Assembly (NCBI GenBank): GCA_030637895.1 | Contig: DAOWFP010000066.1 | Span: 1 to 38,052 of the forward strand | Length of the DNA: 38,052 bases | Reading direction: 5' to 3' | Source of the DNA: Bacteroidota bacterium | GTDB taxonomy: Bacteria > Bacteroidota > Bacteroidia > Bacteroidales > GCA-2748055 | Part shown: piece by piece, positions 29,150 to 38,052 of the stretch | Layout of the letters: each line of letters starts with the position of its first letter | How positions within the stretch are numbered: the stretch's first letter is position 1 | Made by a program: the position numbers and the translations under genes | The notes under the pieces: generated by a model | Told to the model about the DNA's origin: nothing | The model's input: the letters and a program-made list of their open reading frames with translations, nothing else | Databases searched by the model: none

Positions 29150-29562
29150 CTGCTTCTGTATTTTTGTTGGTTCGCGGGATAAGGTAATGATTTTATGTCT
29201 TTTTTTACTGAACTGGATAATGAGTATAATGAGCCGGGGCAGCAATGGATGAATACCATCTCTCTGATTATGAACGATATTCTGGATTCTGTGCGGCAAT
29301 TCCACAGTTTTTATTTCGTCTTTCCCTTGTTTTGTTTTTCAGATCAGGATTTTATTTTCTAATTTGACACAAACTCTTTATCTTCCTGCCCATGAAAGAG
29401 ATTGTTTATCCAAAGAAATTGGACGTGCCCTGTACCCTGGGCAATATTTTTGATCTTCAGGAATATTTCTGTAGCGGAAGGCATACCCGTGCCATAGCGA
29501 GAATTGAAATGGTGAAGTGCAGAAAACTTCATTACAACTAAAATCCTGTCACTCATTAGCTT

Positions 29563-29583
29563 AATAACCAATAACCAATAACC
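29563..29583 (+). repeat. Tandem heptamer (AATAACC)x3
   Basis: Three perfect copies ending 13 nt before the ATG at 29597. Confidence 0.9.
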
Positions 29584-29596
29584 CTTTTCATATCCC

Positions 29597-31000
29597 ATGA
29601 AAAAGTCAGATAATCAGAATTCAAGAAGATCATTTCTCAGGAAAGCGGCGCTGGGTACAGCTGCCGTCACTTCAGCCCCTATGGTAATCGGTGGAAGCTA
29701 TAAGCAAAGTCTGCTACTGGGCTCCAGGTCCTACGCACCGGCATCATTTGCAGCAAATGACAGCATCAACCTGGCTCTGATTGGCACAGGCATCCAGGGT
29801 ATCTGGGATACCACTTCAGCCCTGAGGGTTCCAGGTGTAAAGCTGGTGGCCACCTGTGATTTATATACAGGGAGGCTAGCCCGGGCCAAAGAGCTCTGGG
29901 GCAATGATATTTTTGTAACCAGGGACTACCGTGAAATCCTGGACCGAAAAGATGTGGATGCTGTGATTATCGCTACTCCCGACCACTGGCACAAGCGGAT
30001 CAGTATTGAAGCATTGAAAGCGGGAAAAGCGGTTTATTGTGAAAAACCGATGGTGCAGAATTTCGACGAAGGTCATGAACTGATCGAGGCTCATCAAAAA
30101 TCCGGTAAAGTCATGCAGGTGGGTAGCCAGGGCATGTCGTCGCTGGGAAATGAAAAGGCCAAAAAGCTATATGAGGATGGAGCCATTGGTGAGATTGTGA
30201 TGCTCGATATGTATAACGACCGTTACTCATCCCAGGGAGCATGGAATTACCCCATTCCTCCAGATGCCAGTCCCGATACCGTTGATTTTGACACTTTCCT
30301 GGGTGCTGCACCTAAAGTGCCCTATGAATTAAAGCGATTTTTCAGATGGAGAAACTACAAAGACTACGGAACAGGAGTTGCCGGAGATCTCTTTGTGCAT
30401 GCCTTCTCCACCCTGAACTTTGTTATCAGCTCCAATGGCCCCAACCGTGCACTGGCCACTGGCGGATTGCGCTATTGGGATGATGGCCGGGATGTTCCTG
30501 ATGTCAGCATCACACTTTATGATTATCCAGAAACCAAAAACCATGCGGCCTTTAATGCTTCCTTCCGCGTCAATTTCATTGCCGGCAGCGGAGAAGCAGG
30601 CGGATTTCGGCTGGTGGGAACCGAAGGTGCGATGCACGTGGGCTCACAAAGCGTCAAACTTATCCGGACCAAACTAGGAATGAAACCTAGTGAGTATGCA
30701 CTGATAGCACACACCGAAGAGAATCAGAAAAAGATTGTGGCCGCTTATGACAAAAAATTCGCTGATGAAAGATCCAAGGATCTGAACATTGGTGAAACCC
30801 TCTGGGAGGCCCCGTCTGACTACAAAGGGAGTCACTATGATCACTTTAACAACTTCTTCCAGGGAATACGTGGAGAAAAGGAAATTATCGAAAACCCCAC
30901 TTTTGGATTGCGGGCTGCAGGAGCAGCACTTCTGGCCAATGAAAGCTATTACAGAGGGCAACCGGTTAAATGGGATCCCGATGCAATGAAACTAATCTAA
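29597..31000 (+). CDS. Tat-exported Gfo/Idh/MocA family oxidoreductase
   Basis: SRRSFLRK Tat motif; LIGTGIQG, IATPDHWH, YCEKP, FRWRNYKDYGTG..GDLFVH. Confidence 0.93.
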   Translation: MKKSDNQNSRRSFLRKAALGTAAVTSAPMVIGGSYKQSLLLGSRSYAPASFAANDSINLALIGTGIQGIWDTTSALRVPGVKLVATCDLYTGRLARAKELWGNDIFVTRDYREILDRKDVDAVIIATPDHWHKRISIEALKAGKAVYCEKPMVQNFDEGHELIEAHQKSGKVMQVGSQGMSSLGNEKAKKLYEDGAIGEIVMLDMYNDRYSSQGAWNYPIPPDASPDTVDFDTFLGAAPKVPYELKRFFRWRNYKDYGTGVAGDLFVHAFSTLNFVISSNGPNRALATGGLRYWDDGRDVPDVSITLYDYPETKNHAAFNASFRVNFIAGSGEAGGFRLVGTEGAMHVGSQSVKLIRTKLGMKPSEYALIAHTEENQKKIVAAYDKKFADERSKDLNIGETLWEAPSDYKGSHYDHFNNFFQGIRGEKEIIENPTFGLRAAGAALLANESYYRGQPVKWDPDAMKLI

Positions 31001-31015
31001 ACGAACAAGATACAG

Positions 31016-31888
31016 ATGAAACGAATACTTATTTCTCTCTGTCTCATTTTGGGGACAGCATTTATATATGCACAGGACTTACCTTTGAATGTAATTGTAT
31101 TAGGAGCCCATCCAGATGATTGTGAAGGCGATGCAGGTGGTCTGGCCCTGCTTTATGCCAAACTGGGACACAATGTGAAATTTGTTTCTCTGACCAATGG
31201 GGATGCAGGGCACTATGCCAAAGGAGGAGGCGCCCTGGCTAAGATACGGATGGCTGAAGCAGAAGAGGCTGGAAAGAGGCTTGGTGTGAAGGAGTACGTG
31301 GTCATGGATAATCACGATGGCGAACTGATGCCCACTCTTGAAAACCGCCTGAAGGTGATCAGGGAGATCCGGAAATGGGACGCAGATGTTGTGATTGGCC
31401 CCCGGCCCAACGATTACCACCCGGATCACAGGTATACGGCTATATTGATGCAGGATGCTGCTTTCATGGTAGTCGTCCCCAATATAGCGCCTGATGTCCC
31501 TGCCCTGGAAAAGAACCCGGTATTTCTTTATGCAGCGGACCGCTTTCAGAAACCAAACCCATTTGAAGCAGATGTTGCCATAGATATAGATGATGTATTT
31601 GAGCAAAAGATCAATGGTATGGCTGCCCATGCTTCCCAATATTTTGAATGGCTTCCATGGCTCTCCGGGACCCTGGATCAGATCCCGGAAGATGAGGCAG
31701 GCAGGTTAAAATACCTGGCCAAACGTCGGACATTCAGGCCCGGAGCATCCACCAGAGAATCCCTGATTAAATGGTATGGGGAGAAGGGCGAAACAGTCCA
31801 ACATGCCGAAGGTTTTGAGATTTGCGAATATGGCAAGCAACCCAGCGAAAAAGAGATTCGCAGGTTGTTCCCCATGCTGCCTGAGTAA
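31016..31888 (+). CDS. PIG-L/LmbE family deacetylase, secreted
   Basis: GAHPDDCE, TNGDAG, DYHPDHR, HASQ. Confidence 0.92.
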   Translation: MKRILISLCLILGTAFIYAQDLPLNVIVLGAHPDDCEGDAGGLALLYAKLGHNVKFVSLTNGDAGHYAKGGGALAKIRMAEAEEAGKRLGVKEYVVMDNHDGELMPTLENRLKVIREIRKWDADVVIGPRPNDYHPDHRYTAILMQDAAFMVVVPNIAPDVPALEKNPVFLYAADRFQKPNPFEADVAIDIDDVFEQKINGMAAHASQYFEWLPWLSGTLDQIPEDEAGRLKYLAKRRTFRPGASTRESLIKWYGEKGETVQHAEGFEICEYGKQPSEKEIRRLFPMLPE

Positions 31889-31893
31889 AGAGA

Positions 31894-33357
31894 TTAATTC
31901 TTCTGGAAGAAATATTCCTGGGAGCCCTCATAAATAGTGATCCCGGTCACGGCCCGTTGTTCATCTATTGAGAATTCAAACTCGGATCCATCATCCTTGT
32001 TGAAGAATCTGGTGGCTGATTCCGGATACATCTCGAAGGGGAAGTCATTCCATATCTGCACACCCTTTAAATGGTTCTCCATTACAGTGATCTCAACAAT
32101 CAAATCCTGGCCCTGATAGGTCCATTGATACTGTCCGGCAAGCCTGTTAATTTCCAGTTCCGATAAGGGAACAATGGACTTGATGCTTGGCTTATATTTT
32201 TCCCAATTATAGACCTTTGAAAAGGAACGTAGAATTTCTGACATCAGTTGGCCACCTTTGTCACCGTTGGTCATTATGGCAACTCCCTGCCCCAGTTTAG
32301 TAAAGGCATACAGACTGCACCTGAAACCTGCATTTGATCCACCATGGGTAAAAGTGATAAGCTCCCCGGAGCCCCCTACGACAGGTCCAAGTCCGTGCAT
32401 ATTCATCTGAGGAGTTAGCATTTCGTTTGTCATCTCCTGTGAGATAATCAGATTTGATTCTCCGGCAAAAGATTGTTGCACTTCAACAGCATACCTGAGC
32501 AGATCGCTTGGTGTGGTCCAGAGCCCGGCAGCAGCCATTTCCGGATAGGTATTCCATCTTCCCTCAATCATCTCACCGTTGGCATGATGCCCGGAAGCAG
32601 CGTTTTCCCATAAAGCTTCAACTAAGGGTTGGTGATAGCTACTTGACTTCATTCCAATCTTTGAAAGGACCGCTTCTTCCATAAGCTCCGGAAAGTCCAT
32701 CCCTGTTACATCGCATAGCATATGTTGCATTATGGTATAGCCCCCACCTGAATAGCTGTATTGTACGCCCGGAATTGTATCTGGATAGATCCTGCCAGAA
32801 TTGGCAGGCTCCTCTCCATTTAAGACTTGTACAGTGGATGGCACTTCATCATCGAAAGCATATCCGCCAAAGCCGTGAACTGTCAATCCGGCACTATGGG
32901 AAAGGATTCTGCGCAGGGTAACTTTCTCTTCCTGGGTAAATTTGTTCTCTTCCACCTGCCACCCCTTGAGGTAGAGATTCACATCATCGTCCAGACCGAT
33001 TTTTCCCTCTTCCACCAGTGCAAGGGCAGCCAGTGCCGCCACAGGTTTGCTGATGGAGGCTGCCTGGAAGAGTGTATTCTCATCCACAAGCCGGGAGCTG
33101 TCGGCAGAGGTAAATCCATATCCCTTCGCCCAGGCTATCTTTCCCTCGTTCAAAAATGCGATACTTACCCCGGGAACCTTATAATATTCCATCCGCTCAA
33201 GGATATTGAATCCATCTCCCCCTTCGCCTTCCACAATAACTGAAGGCAGCAGATTGTTTTCAATAGTTTCTATCAATGCGATATCAGGATCAGGTTTGCT
33301 TGTACAGGAAACCAGCAGGATACACAGGCCTGCACAAAAGATGTTTAGCTGCTTCAT
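31894..33357 (-). CDS. Beta-lactamase-like serine hydrolase, probable lipoprotein
   Basis: LLVSC lipobox; ASISK (SxxK), LSHSAG, YSYSGGGY, HGG. Confidence 0.9.
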   Translation of the reverse strand: MKQLNIFCAGLCILLVSCTSKPDPDIALIETIENNLLPSVIVEGEGGDGFNILERMEYYKVPGVSIAFLNEGKIAWAKGYGFTSADSSRLVDENTLFQAASISKPVAALAALALVEEGKIGLDDDVNLYLKGWQVEENKFTQEEKVTLRRILSHSAGLTVHGFGGYAFDDEVPSTVQVLNGEEPANSGRIYPDTIPGVQYSYSGGGYTIMQHMLCDVTGMDFPELMEEAVLSKIGMKSSSYHQPLVEALWENAASGHHANGEMIEGRWNTYPEMAAAGLWTTPSDLLRYAVEVQQSFAGESNLIISQEMTNEMLTPQMNMHGLGPVVGGSGELITFTHGGSNAGFRCSLYAFTKLGQGVAIMTNGDKGGQLMSEILRSFSKVYNWEKYKPSIKSIVPLSELEINRLAGQYQWTYQGQDLIVEITVMENHLKGVQIWNDFPFEMYPESATRFFNKDDGSEFEFSIDEQRAVTGITIYEGSQEYFFQKN

Positions 33358-33425
33358 GGAAAGTTGTTTTTGATATGAGAAAGTTAAAAAAATTCTACCT
33401 TTAAGCTGAATCCAAAACTAATCCA

Positions 33426-34223
33426 ATGAAAAGAGCCACATTTTTGCTGACCGCTATTGCGTTTATCGTCATGACTTCCTGCTCCCAGACAAGCGAGCAG
33501 GTCCAGACAGAAACACCCCAAAGAGACTACTTCCATCTCAAGATATTTAGTTTCGAAAGCGCGGAACAGGAAGCTTCGCTGGATACATATTTCCAGAATG
33601 CACTTCTTCCGGCACTTCACAGATCAGGTATTAAAAATGTGGGTGTATTCAAACCCATAGAAGGACTCAATGAGCGCAAAGATTTTACGATGGTCTTGCT
33701 ACCTTTCCAATCGCTGGAACAGTTTGAGCAACTTCCCGGACTTTTATCACAGGATGCAGAATACCAGCAATCCGCTCAGGCCTATATTGATGCACCACAC
33801 GACAAAAGTCCCTATACACGCATCGAAAGTATGATCCTCCGTTCCTTCAGCGCTACTCCTGTAATGGTCCTTCCGGATTTGACCAACCCCAGAACGGAGC
33901 GGGTCTATGAATTCAGAAGCTATGAGGCAGCCACTGAAAAGCTGTATAATTTAAAGGTTGAGATGTTTAACGAAGGTGAATCGGCCCTTTTCCAGGAGCT
34001 GAAATTCAACCCGGTTTTCTTCTGCGAGGTACTCTCCAGTGCACATATGCCCCACCTGATCTATATGACCACTCATGCAGATACTACAGCCCAAAAAGCT
34101 AACTGGGATGCCTTTGTGAGCCACCCTGAGTGGGATAGAATGAAGAATCTGGATCGCTACCAGAACACCGTATCGAGTATAACGAAATACCTGCTTTATC
34201 CTACAGAGTACTCGGACTATTAG
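33426..34223 (+). CDS. NIPSNAP family protein, probable lipoprotein
   Basis: MTSC lipobox; RVYEFRSYE, KVEMFNEGE, W..F..HPEW, LYPTEYSD. Confidence 0.85.
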   Translation: MKRATFLLTAIAFIVMTSCSQTSEQVQTETPQRDYFHLKIFSFESAEQEASLDTYFQNALLPALHRSGIKNVGVFKPIEGLNERKDFTMVLLPFQSLEQFEQLPGLLSQDAEYQQSAQAYIDAPHDKSPYTRIESMILRSFSATPVMVLPDLTNPRTERVYEFRSYEAATEKLYNLKVEMFNEGESALFQELKFNPVFFCEVLSSAHMPHLIYMTTHADTTAQKANWDAFVSHPEWDRMKNLDRYQNTVSSITKYLLYPTEYSDY

Positions 34224-35221
34224 AGCTTCAGAATATCCTGCAGTTCTGTATCAGTGACCGTCAATAAGCCTGAAGAAGGCAATCTGCGGGTGAGCTCCCG
34301 CCAGTTGTTGTCACGGTCAAACACATATTCAAAAACCGGCAGGGCTTCATCCATACGACCGTTGTTAGCCAGGGCCACGGCCTTCCAGTATTTCATCTCC
34401 AGGTTGCGGGGAAACATCTTTTCAGCGGCAGCATATTCCCTGAGTGCAGCCTCCATATCCTGGTGTTCCACAGCCAGATCTCCCCGGTTCATATGATCAT
34501 ATGCCCGGTGGACGCGCAGAAGCCGATCCAGCTCTCCAAGTGGATCCTGATGATCATCTACCCGAAGATTAATCTTATGATCGCTCCACACCTCCTCCAC
34601 CACTTCCGGGCCCACCACAATAAGGGCAGCAGATTGTTTCCCGCGGATATCCCCCCCTGCCGACTGGGCAGCCTGAAGGACCTTCAGAACTCTTTCGGCC
34701 AGTGGAAGATCCCTATGTTCCAAAAAAGCCTTGCTCATGGCCGGAACCACATCGTCATTCAGCATCATATTGGCTTGGACAGAATAATTCTCTCCTATGG
34801 CATGTGATGCCGATGAAATACAACTACTTCCTGTATAGGCTGAAACAGATCCTCCGGCATCCAGGAAAGCCACCTGCCGGTAATCCCTTCCCCTATCGGC
34901 CTTCACCAGGAGTTGCAGAGCCTCCTCGGCGCTCTTTCCCTGCGACATCAGATCCAATCCGTTGGGCCCGTAGGCCGGATTTACAAAGGACTGGGTGGCA
35001 ACCACCCCAACGCCGGAACGGCCCCATGAAATAATGGTACCTACCGAAAACCAGTGACTCTGAACCCCGATGGCCATCTCACCACTTGCCGTATCCAGAG
35101 CAACAATAGAAAAGGTGTGAGCCAGGCGATCACCGGTTTCAGGATGAATTTGTGCGTGGAGCGATTGAACTGAGAAAAAAAAGAATAGACCCAGGATAAT
35201 AGAGGCGAAGCGGACTGTCAT
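34220..35221 (-). CDS. DUF1028 (Ntn-hydrolase-like) protein with C-terminal TPR-like helices
   Basis: HTFSIVA, GVGVVATQS, GGDIRGKQSAA, LRVDDH..P..EL.RL. Confidence 0.88.
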   Translation of the reverse strand: MTVRFASIILGLFFFFSVQSLHAQIHPETGDRLAHTFSIVALDTASGEMAIGVQSHWFSVGTIISWGRSGVGVVATQSFVNPAYGPNGLDLMSQGKSAEEALQLLVKADRGRDYRQVAFLDAGGSVSAYTGSSCISSASHAIGENYSVQANMMLNDDVVPAMSKAFLEHRDLPLAERVLKVLQAAQSAGGDIRGKQSAALIVVGPEVVEEVWSDHKINLRVDDHQDPLGELDRLLRVHRAYDHMNRGDLAVEHQDMEAALREYAAAEKMFPRNLEMKYWKAVALANNGRMDEALPVFEYVFDRDNNWRELTRRLPSSGLLTVTDTELQDILKL

Positions 35222-35271
35222 TTGTTTGAAATTTTATTAAACGTCAGTCCTAAATTACATATTTAAGGTAA

Positions 35272-36666
35272 TCAATCCTCAACGATCAGCTTCTTAATCC
35301 GCTCAATCTGCTTCTGCTTGTTTACCTCGCGCAGACTGCGTGCAGTTTTGGTGAAGTAGGTGTGAGCAGAGATAAATTTCAGCTGCAGCTTATTCCAGTC
35401 ATTCAGGGTCCCGATTTTATCCTGTTCGCTCAGCTCCTTATAAAGAGTGTTGGAGACCGGGATCATATCACTTCTGCCCAGGTAATCGAGATCAGCATCA
35501 CAGATAATCTCCTGGTAAATATCACTGGGTTGTGGGGGCAGTTTTGTGGCCATGATGATGTTGCAGATTTTTTCAAGCTGCTCTTCCGTGTATCCGTATG
35601 CGGGAAGTAACTTTTTTACCAGTTCGGTGCCATGAAACTCATGTTCATCATAGGAAATGGTATGCCCCACATCATGAAACAGGGCGGCAGTCTTCAGCAG
35701 CAGGATCCCTTCATCATCGAGCCCCTCGGCCCAACCAATCAGTTCCACTTCAGTAACCACATCCACTGTATGCTTCACATTGTGATAATACAGATAGCGG
35801 GGCAATTCTTTCTCAAGCCTGTCAAGTATCAGTTCCTGGATATCGGTAAATTGTATCAATTTGAATTTAGTGTTGAACATGGCATTGGGCATTACTCCCC
35901 GTTCCCGCATGGAGAACTCCGGTCTGATTCCCTGCACCACAAACATCTCCAGATCACCCTTGTATTTCACTGGCATCCTACCATAATAGTCACAAACAAA
36001 AAACTCTTTGATCAGCTCGTAAGTCATTACCGAGATCAGAATTTTCCCGCTCTCACTCACCCCCTGCATACGATGTGCAATATTGACCGTATCACCTTTA
36101 ATGTCATAGCTAATCTTTCTCTTTCCAGATATAGTAGCTGTGACGGGACCGGTATGAATTCCCAGACTCAGGTTCCAGTAACGCTTGCCATCAATGCGCC
36201 TGAGCTGGTTCAGAAATATATTCATCTCCAGGGCAGCCATTATCACATCAATGGGATTCGTGATATTTTTTTCCGGAATCCCCCCGGCAGCCATATAGGT
36301 ATCTCCGATTGTCTTGATCTTATGTATCTTATACTTTTTCAGAATGCGGTCAAACTCAATAAGAACTTCATCCAGCTGGTCCATCACCACCTCGGAAGAA
36401 TCATTATCGGTGAGATGCTTAAATCCTGTGATATAAGCAAAGAGAACCGTAGCCATCTTATACTTCTTGATCCGCTCAACTGGTTTTGGCGCACTGCCCT
36501 CCTTTGCTTCAGCCCGGGACTCTTTCAGCTCTTGTTTAATCATATCCGCCTGCTCTGACAGCTCGGTATGCGATTTCTGCAGCTTTTCATTCTTATCATA
36601 CAGCTCCTGATTCTTCCTGACCAGTTTCTGGATCCGCTTTAACAGTTCATCCTGTTTTTGTCCCAT
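35272..36666 (-). CDS. Class III nucleotidyl cyclase domain plus HD phosphohydrolase domain protein
   Basis: N-terminal coiled coil; KIKTIGDTYMAAGG, GIHTGPV, YDIKGDTVNIAHRMQ; C-terminal YHNVKHT, LFHDVGH, CDADLDYLG. Confidence 0.88.
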   Translation of the reverse strand: MGQKQDELLKRIQKLVRKNQELYDKNEKLQKSHTELSEQADMIKQELKESRAEAKEGSAPKPVERIKKYKMATVLFAYITGFKHLTDNDSSEVVMDQLDEVLIEFDRILKKYKIHKIKTIGDTYMAAGGIPEKNITNPIDVIMAALEMNIFLNQLRRIDGKRYWNLSLGIHTGPVTATISGKRKISYDIKGDTVNIAHRMQGVSESGKILISVMTYELIKEFFVCDYYGRMPVKYKGDLEMFVVQGIRPEFSMRERGVMPNAMFNTKFKLIQFTDIQELILDRLEKELPRYLYYHNVKHTVDVVTEVELIGWAEGLDDEGILLLKTAALFHDVGHTISYDEHEFHGTELVKKLLPAYGYTEEQLEKICNIIMATKLPPQPSDIYQEIICDADLDYLGRSDMIPVSNTLYKELSEQDKIGTLNDWNKLQLKFISAHTYFTKTARSLREVNKQKQIERIKKLIVED

Positions 36667-36675
36667 TATGTTTAA

Positions 36676-36683
36676 TATCTTTG
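36676..36683 (+). promoter_or_regulatory. Bacteroidota -7 promoter element
   Basis: TATCTTTG is a perfect TAnnTTTG match 22 nt upstream of ATG 36706. Confidence 0.7.
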
Positions 36684-36705
36684 TAGTGTATTATAAGCAA
36701 CGCCC

Positions 36706-37734
36706 ATGAAAAACAGAGCTATTCTGACTGCATTGATTTTTATCACATTGCAGTCCCTCTACTCTCAAAAGAACGTAAAATCGTTCCTGGTGGTTTCATA
36801 TAATGTGGAAAACCTTTTCGATACCATCAATTCTCCGCTATTTGATGATGACGAATTCACGCCCTCCGGGGCAAAAGCATGGACCTATGACCGGTATACC
36901 AAGAAACTAAATGACCTGGGGCGGGTGATACTCTCCATACCGGGCAGAGACCTCCCGGCTCTTATCGGACTTTCGGAGATTGAAAACCGGGGTGTACTGG
37001 AAGACCTGATCAAAGTTCGCGGTTTACGCAAAGGGGAATATGAGATTGTGCATGAGGATGACCAGGATCCCAGGGGCATAGAGTGTGCATTGCTTTACAG
37101 GCCCGATCTTTTCAAATACAAATCGCATGAATATATTCCCATAGCCGATCCGGTGGATCCTGATTATCTCTACAGGGGAATTCTGCATGTACACGGAAAG
37201 GGGCCCGATGGCTCCAGTCTGCATATTTTCGTAAATCACTGGAAATCGCGTAGCGGCGGTGAGCGGGAGACCCAGAGACAGCGGATGTTTTCGGCCATCA
37301 CCCTTCGGAAGCAGATGGATCTGTTAATGAGCAGAGAATCGGACTTTAAGGTGATTGTTATGGGCGACTTTAACGATGAGCCCACCAACCGAAGCCTTAC
37401 AAATGGCCTTTCGGCCCTAAACAAGCGTCGGAACATCCAGATGGGGGACTACTACAATCTCTTTTATGATCTACATAACATAGAGGCTAAGGGAACATAC
37501 AACTACCAGGGAAACTGGAATATGCTGGACCAGGTAATCGTCTCCTATAACCTATTGGACCAGGAGAGGGGACTCACAACAGGCTACGAAAGCGGAGTGA
37601 TATTGAAGGAAGAGTGGATGCTCTATGAGAGTGAAAAATATGGAGAGAGCCTTCCCTCGGCCACCTACGGGGGACCGGAATACTATGGCGGACCCAGCGA
37701 CCATCTTCCCATATATGTAGTATTCACCTGGTAG
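36706..37734 (+). CDS. Endonuclease/exonuclease/phosphatase (EEP) family protein, secreted
   Basis: [38 protein letters not shown]. Confidence 0.92.
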   Translation: MKNRAILTALIFITLQSLYSQKNVKSFLVVSYNVENLFDTINSPLFDDDEFTPSGAKAWTYDRYTKKLNDLGRVILSIPGRDLPALIGLSEIENRGVLEDLIKVRGLRKGEYEIVHEDDQDPRGIECALLYRPDLFKYKSHEYIPIADPVDPDYLYRGILHVHGKGPDGSSLHIFVNHWKSRSGGERETQRQRMFSAITLRKQMDLLMSRESDFKVIVMGDFNDEPTNRSLTNGLSALNKRRNIQMGDYYNLFYDLHNIEAKGTYNYQGNWNMLDQVIVSYNLLDQERGLTTGYESGVILKEEWMLYESEKYGESLPSATYGGPEYYGGPSDHLPIYVVFTW

Positions 37735-37735
37735 C

Positions 37736-38052
37736 ATGGAGTTCAAGCTCACTTCGGATTACATGCCCACAGGGGATCAGCCGGAAGCCATTCAAGAGCT
37801 GGTGGATGGATTCAATGCCGGTGAGCAGTTCCAAACTCTGCTGGGGGTCACAGGATCGGGGAAAACCTTTACTGTTGCCAATGTAATCAGGGAGCTGGAT
37901 CGTCCTGTACTGGTGCTCAGTCATAACAAAACCCTGGCTGCGCAGCTGTACAGCGAATTCAAACAATTCTTTCCTGAAAACGCAGTAGAGTACTTTGTCA
38001 GCTATTACGACTACTACCAGCCCGAAGCCTATCTCCCGGTAACAGACACCTA
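37736..38052 (+). CDS. uvrB: Excinuclease ABC subunit B, 5' part only
   Basis: Hand translation [19 protein letters not shown]...[12 protein letters not shown]...[37 protein letters not shown]. Confidence 0.98.
   Translation, partial: MEFKLTSDYMPTGDQPEAIQELVDGFNAGEQFQTLLGVTGSGKTFTVANVIRELDRPVLVLSHNKTLAAQLYSEFKQFFPENAVEYFVSYYDYYQPEAYLPVTDT

Noticed and set aside
29150-29305. 52-aa extension of the TIM-barrel ORF
   Set aside because: The Tat motif sits at a normal position only from ATG 29149.
33413-33428. Possible pairing of the candidate sRNA with the NIPSNAP leader (AAAACTA)
   Set aside because: Only about 7 nt of low-complexity complementarity, which is expected by chance.
35632-36558. 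308-aa plus-strand ORF
   Set aside because: It lies wholly antisense to the cyclase-HD gene, has no motifs and has shadow-ORF composition.
35272-37734. Cyclase next to a nuclease-family gene as a Pycsar/CBASS-like defence system
   Set aside because: The genes are divergent, the EEP protein is secreted and coupled to uvrB, and no cNMP-binding, TIR or transmembrane effector is present.
259-37966. Many 60-180 aa ORFs in the track
   Set aside because: They overlap or run antisense to well-supported genes and carry no recognisable motifs.
1-38052. CRISPR arrays, tRNA/rRNA, IS elements, integrases, invertible promoters
   Set aside because: I saw no repeat-spacer pattern, cloverleaf, transposase or recombinase ORF, or long flanking inverted repeats; intergenic gaps are all under about 450 bp.

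Overview
Bacteroidota (Bacteroidales-like) chromosomal segment. The left ~25 kb is a mostly minus-strand glycan-catabolic locus. It has three GH92 genes (one cut by the window edge), a GH78-like enzyme, a sulfatase, two metallophosphoesterases, a secreted Calx-beta/ADP-ribosylglycohydrolase fusion, an unclassified beta-helix/barrel fusion, a Gfo/Idh/MocA oxidoreductase, a ROK kinase and an MFS permease, plus a divergent membrane-spanning Kelch-sensor/SARP-OmpR-like regulator. The right ~13 kb holds mixed genes: SGNH hydrolase, DUF1080, DUF1846, Tat-exported TIM barrel and oxidoreductase, PIG-L deacetylase, serine hydrolase, NIPSNAP, DUF1028, a class III cyclase-HD fusion, an EEP-family protein and the start of uvrB. 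The main unannotated signal is a promoter architecture, 5'-TTAA-N7-TTAA-N22-TATATT-3' on the minus strand, found four times exactly and once with a single mismatch. Four copies precede catabolic genes. The remaining copy precedes no ORF but a ~90-nt U/G-rich unit with its own strand-specific terminator just downstream of the regulator, a candidate co-regulated sRNA. I saw no tRNA/rRNA, CRISPR array, transposase or susC/susD. All family calls are by motif recognition, not database search.
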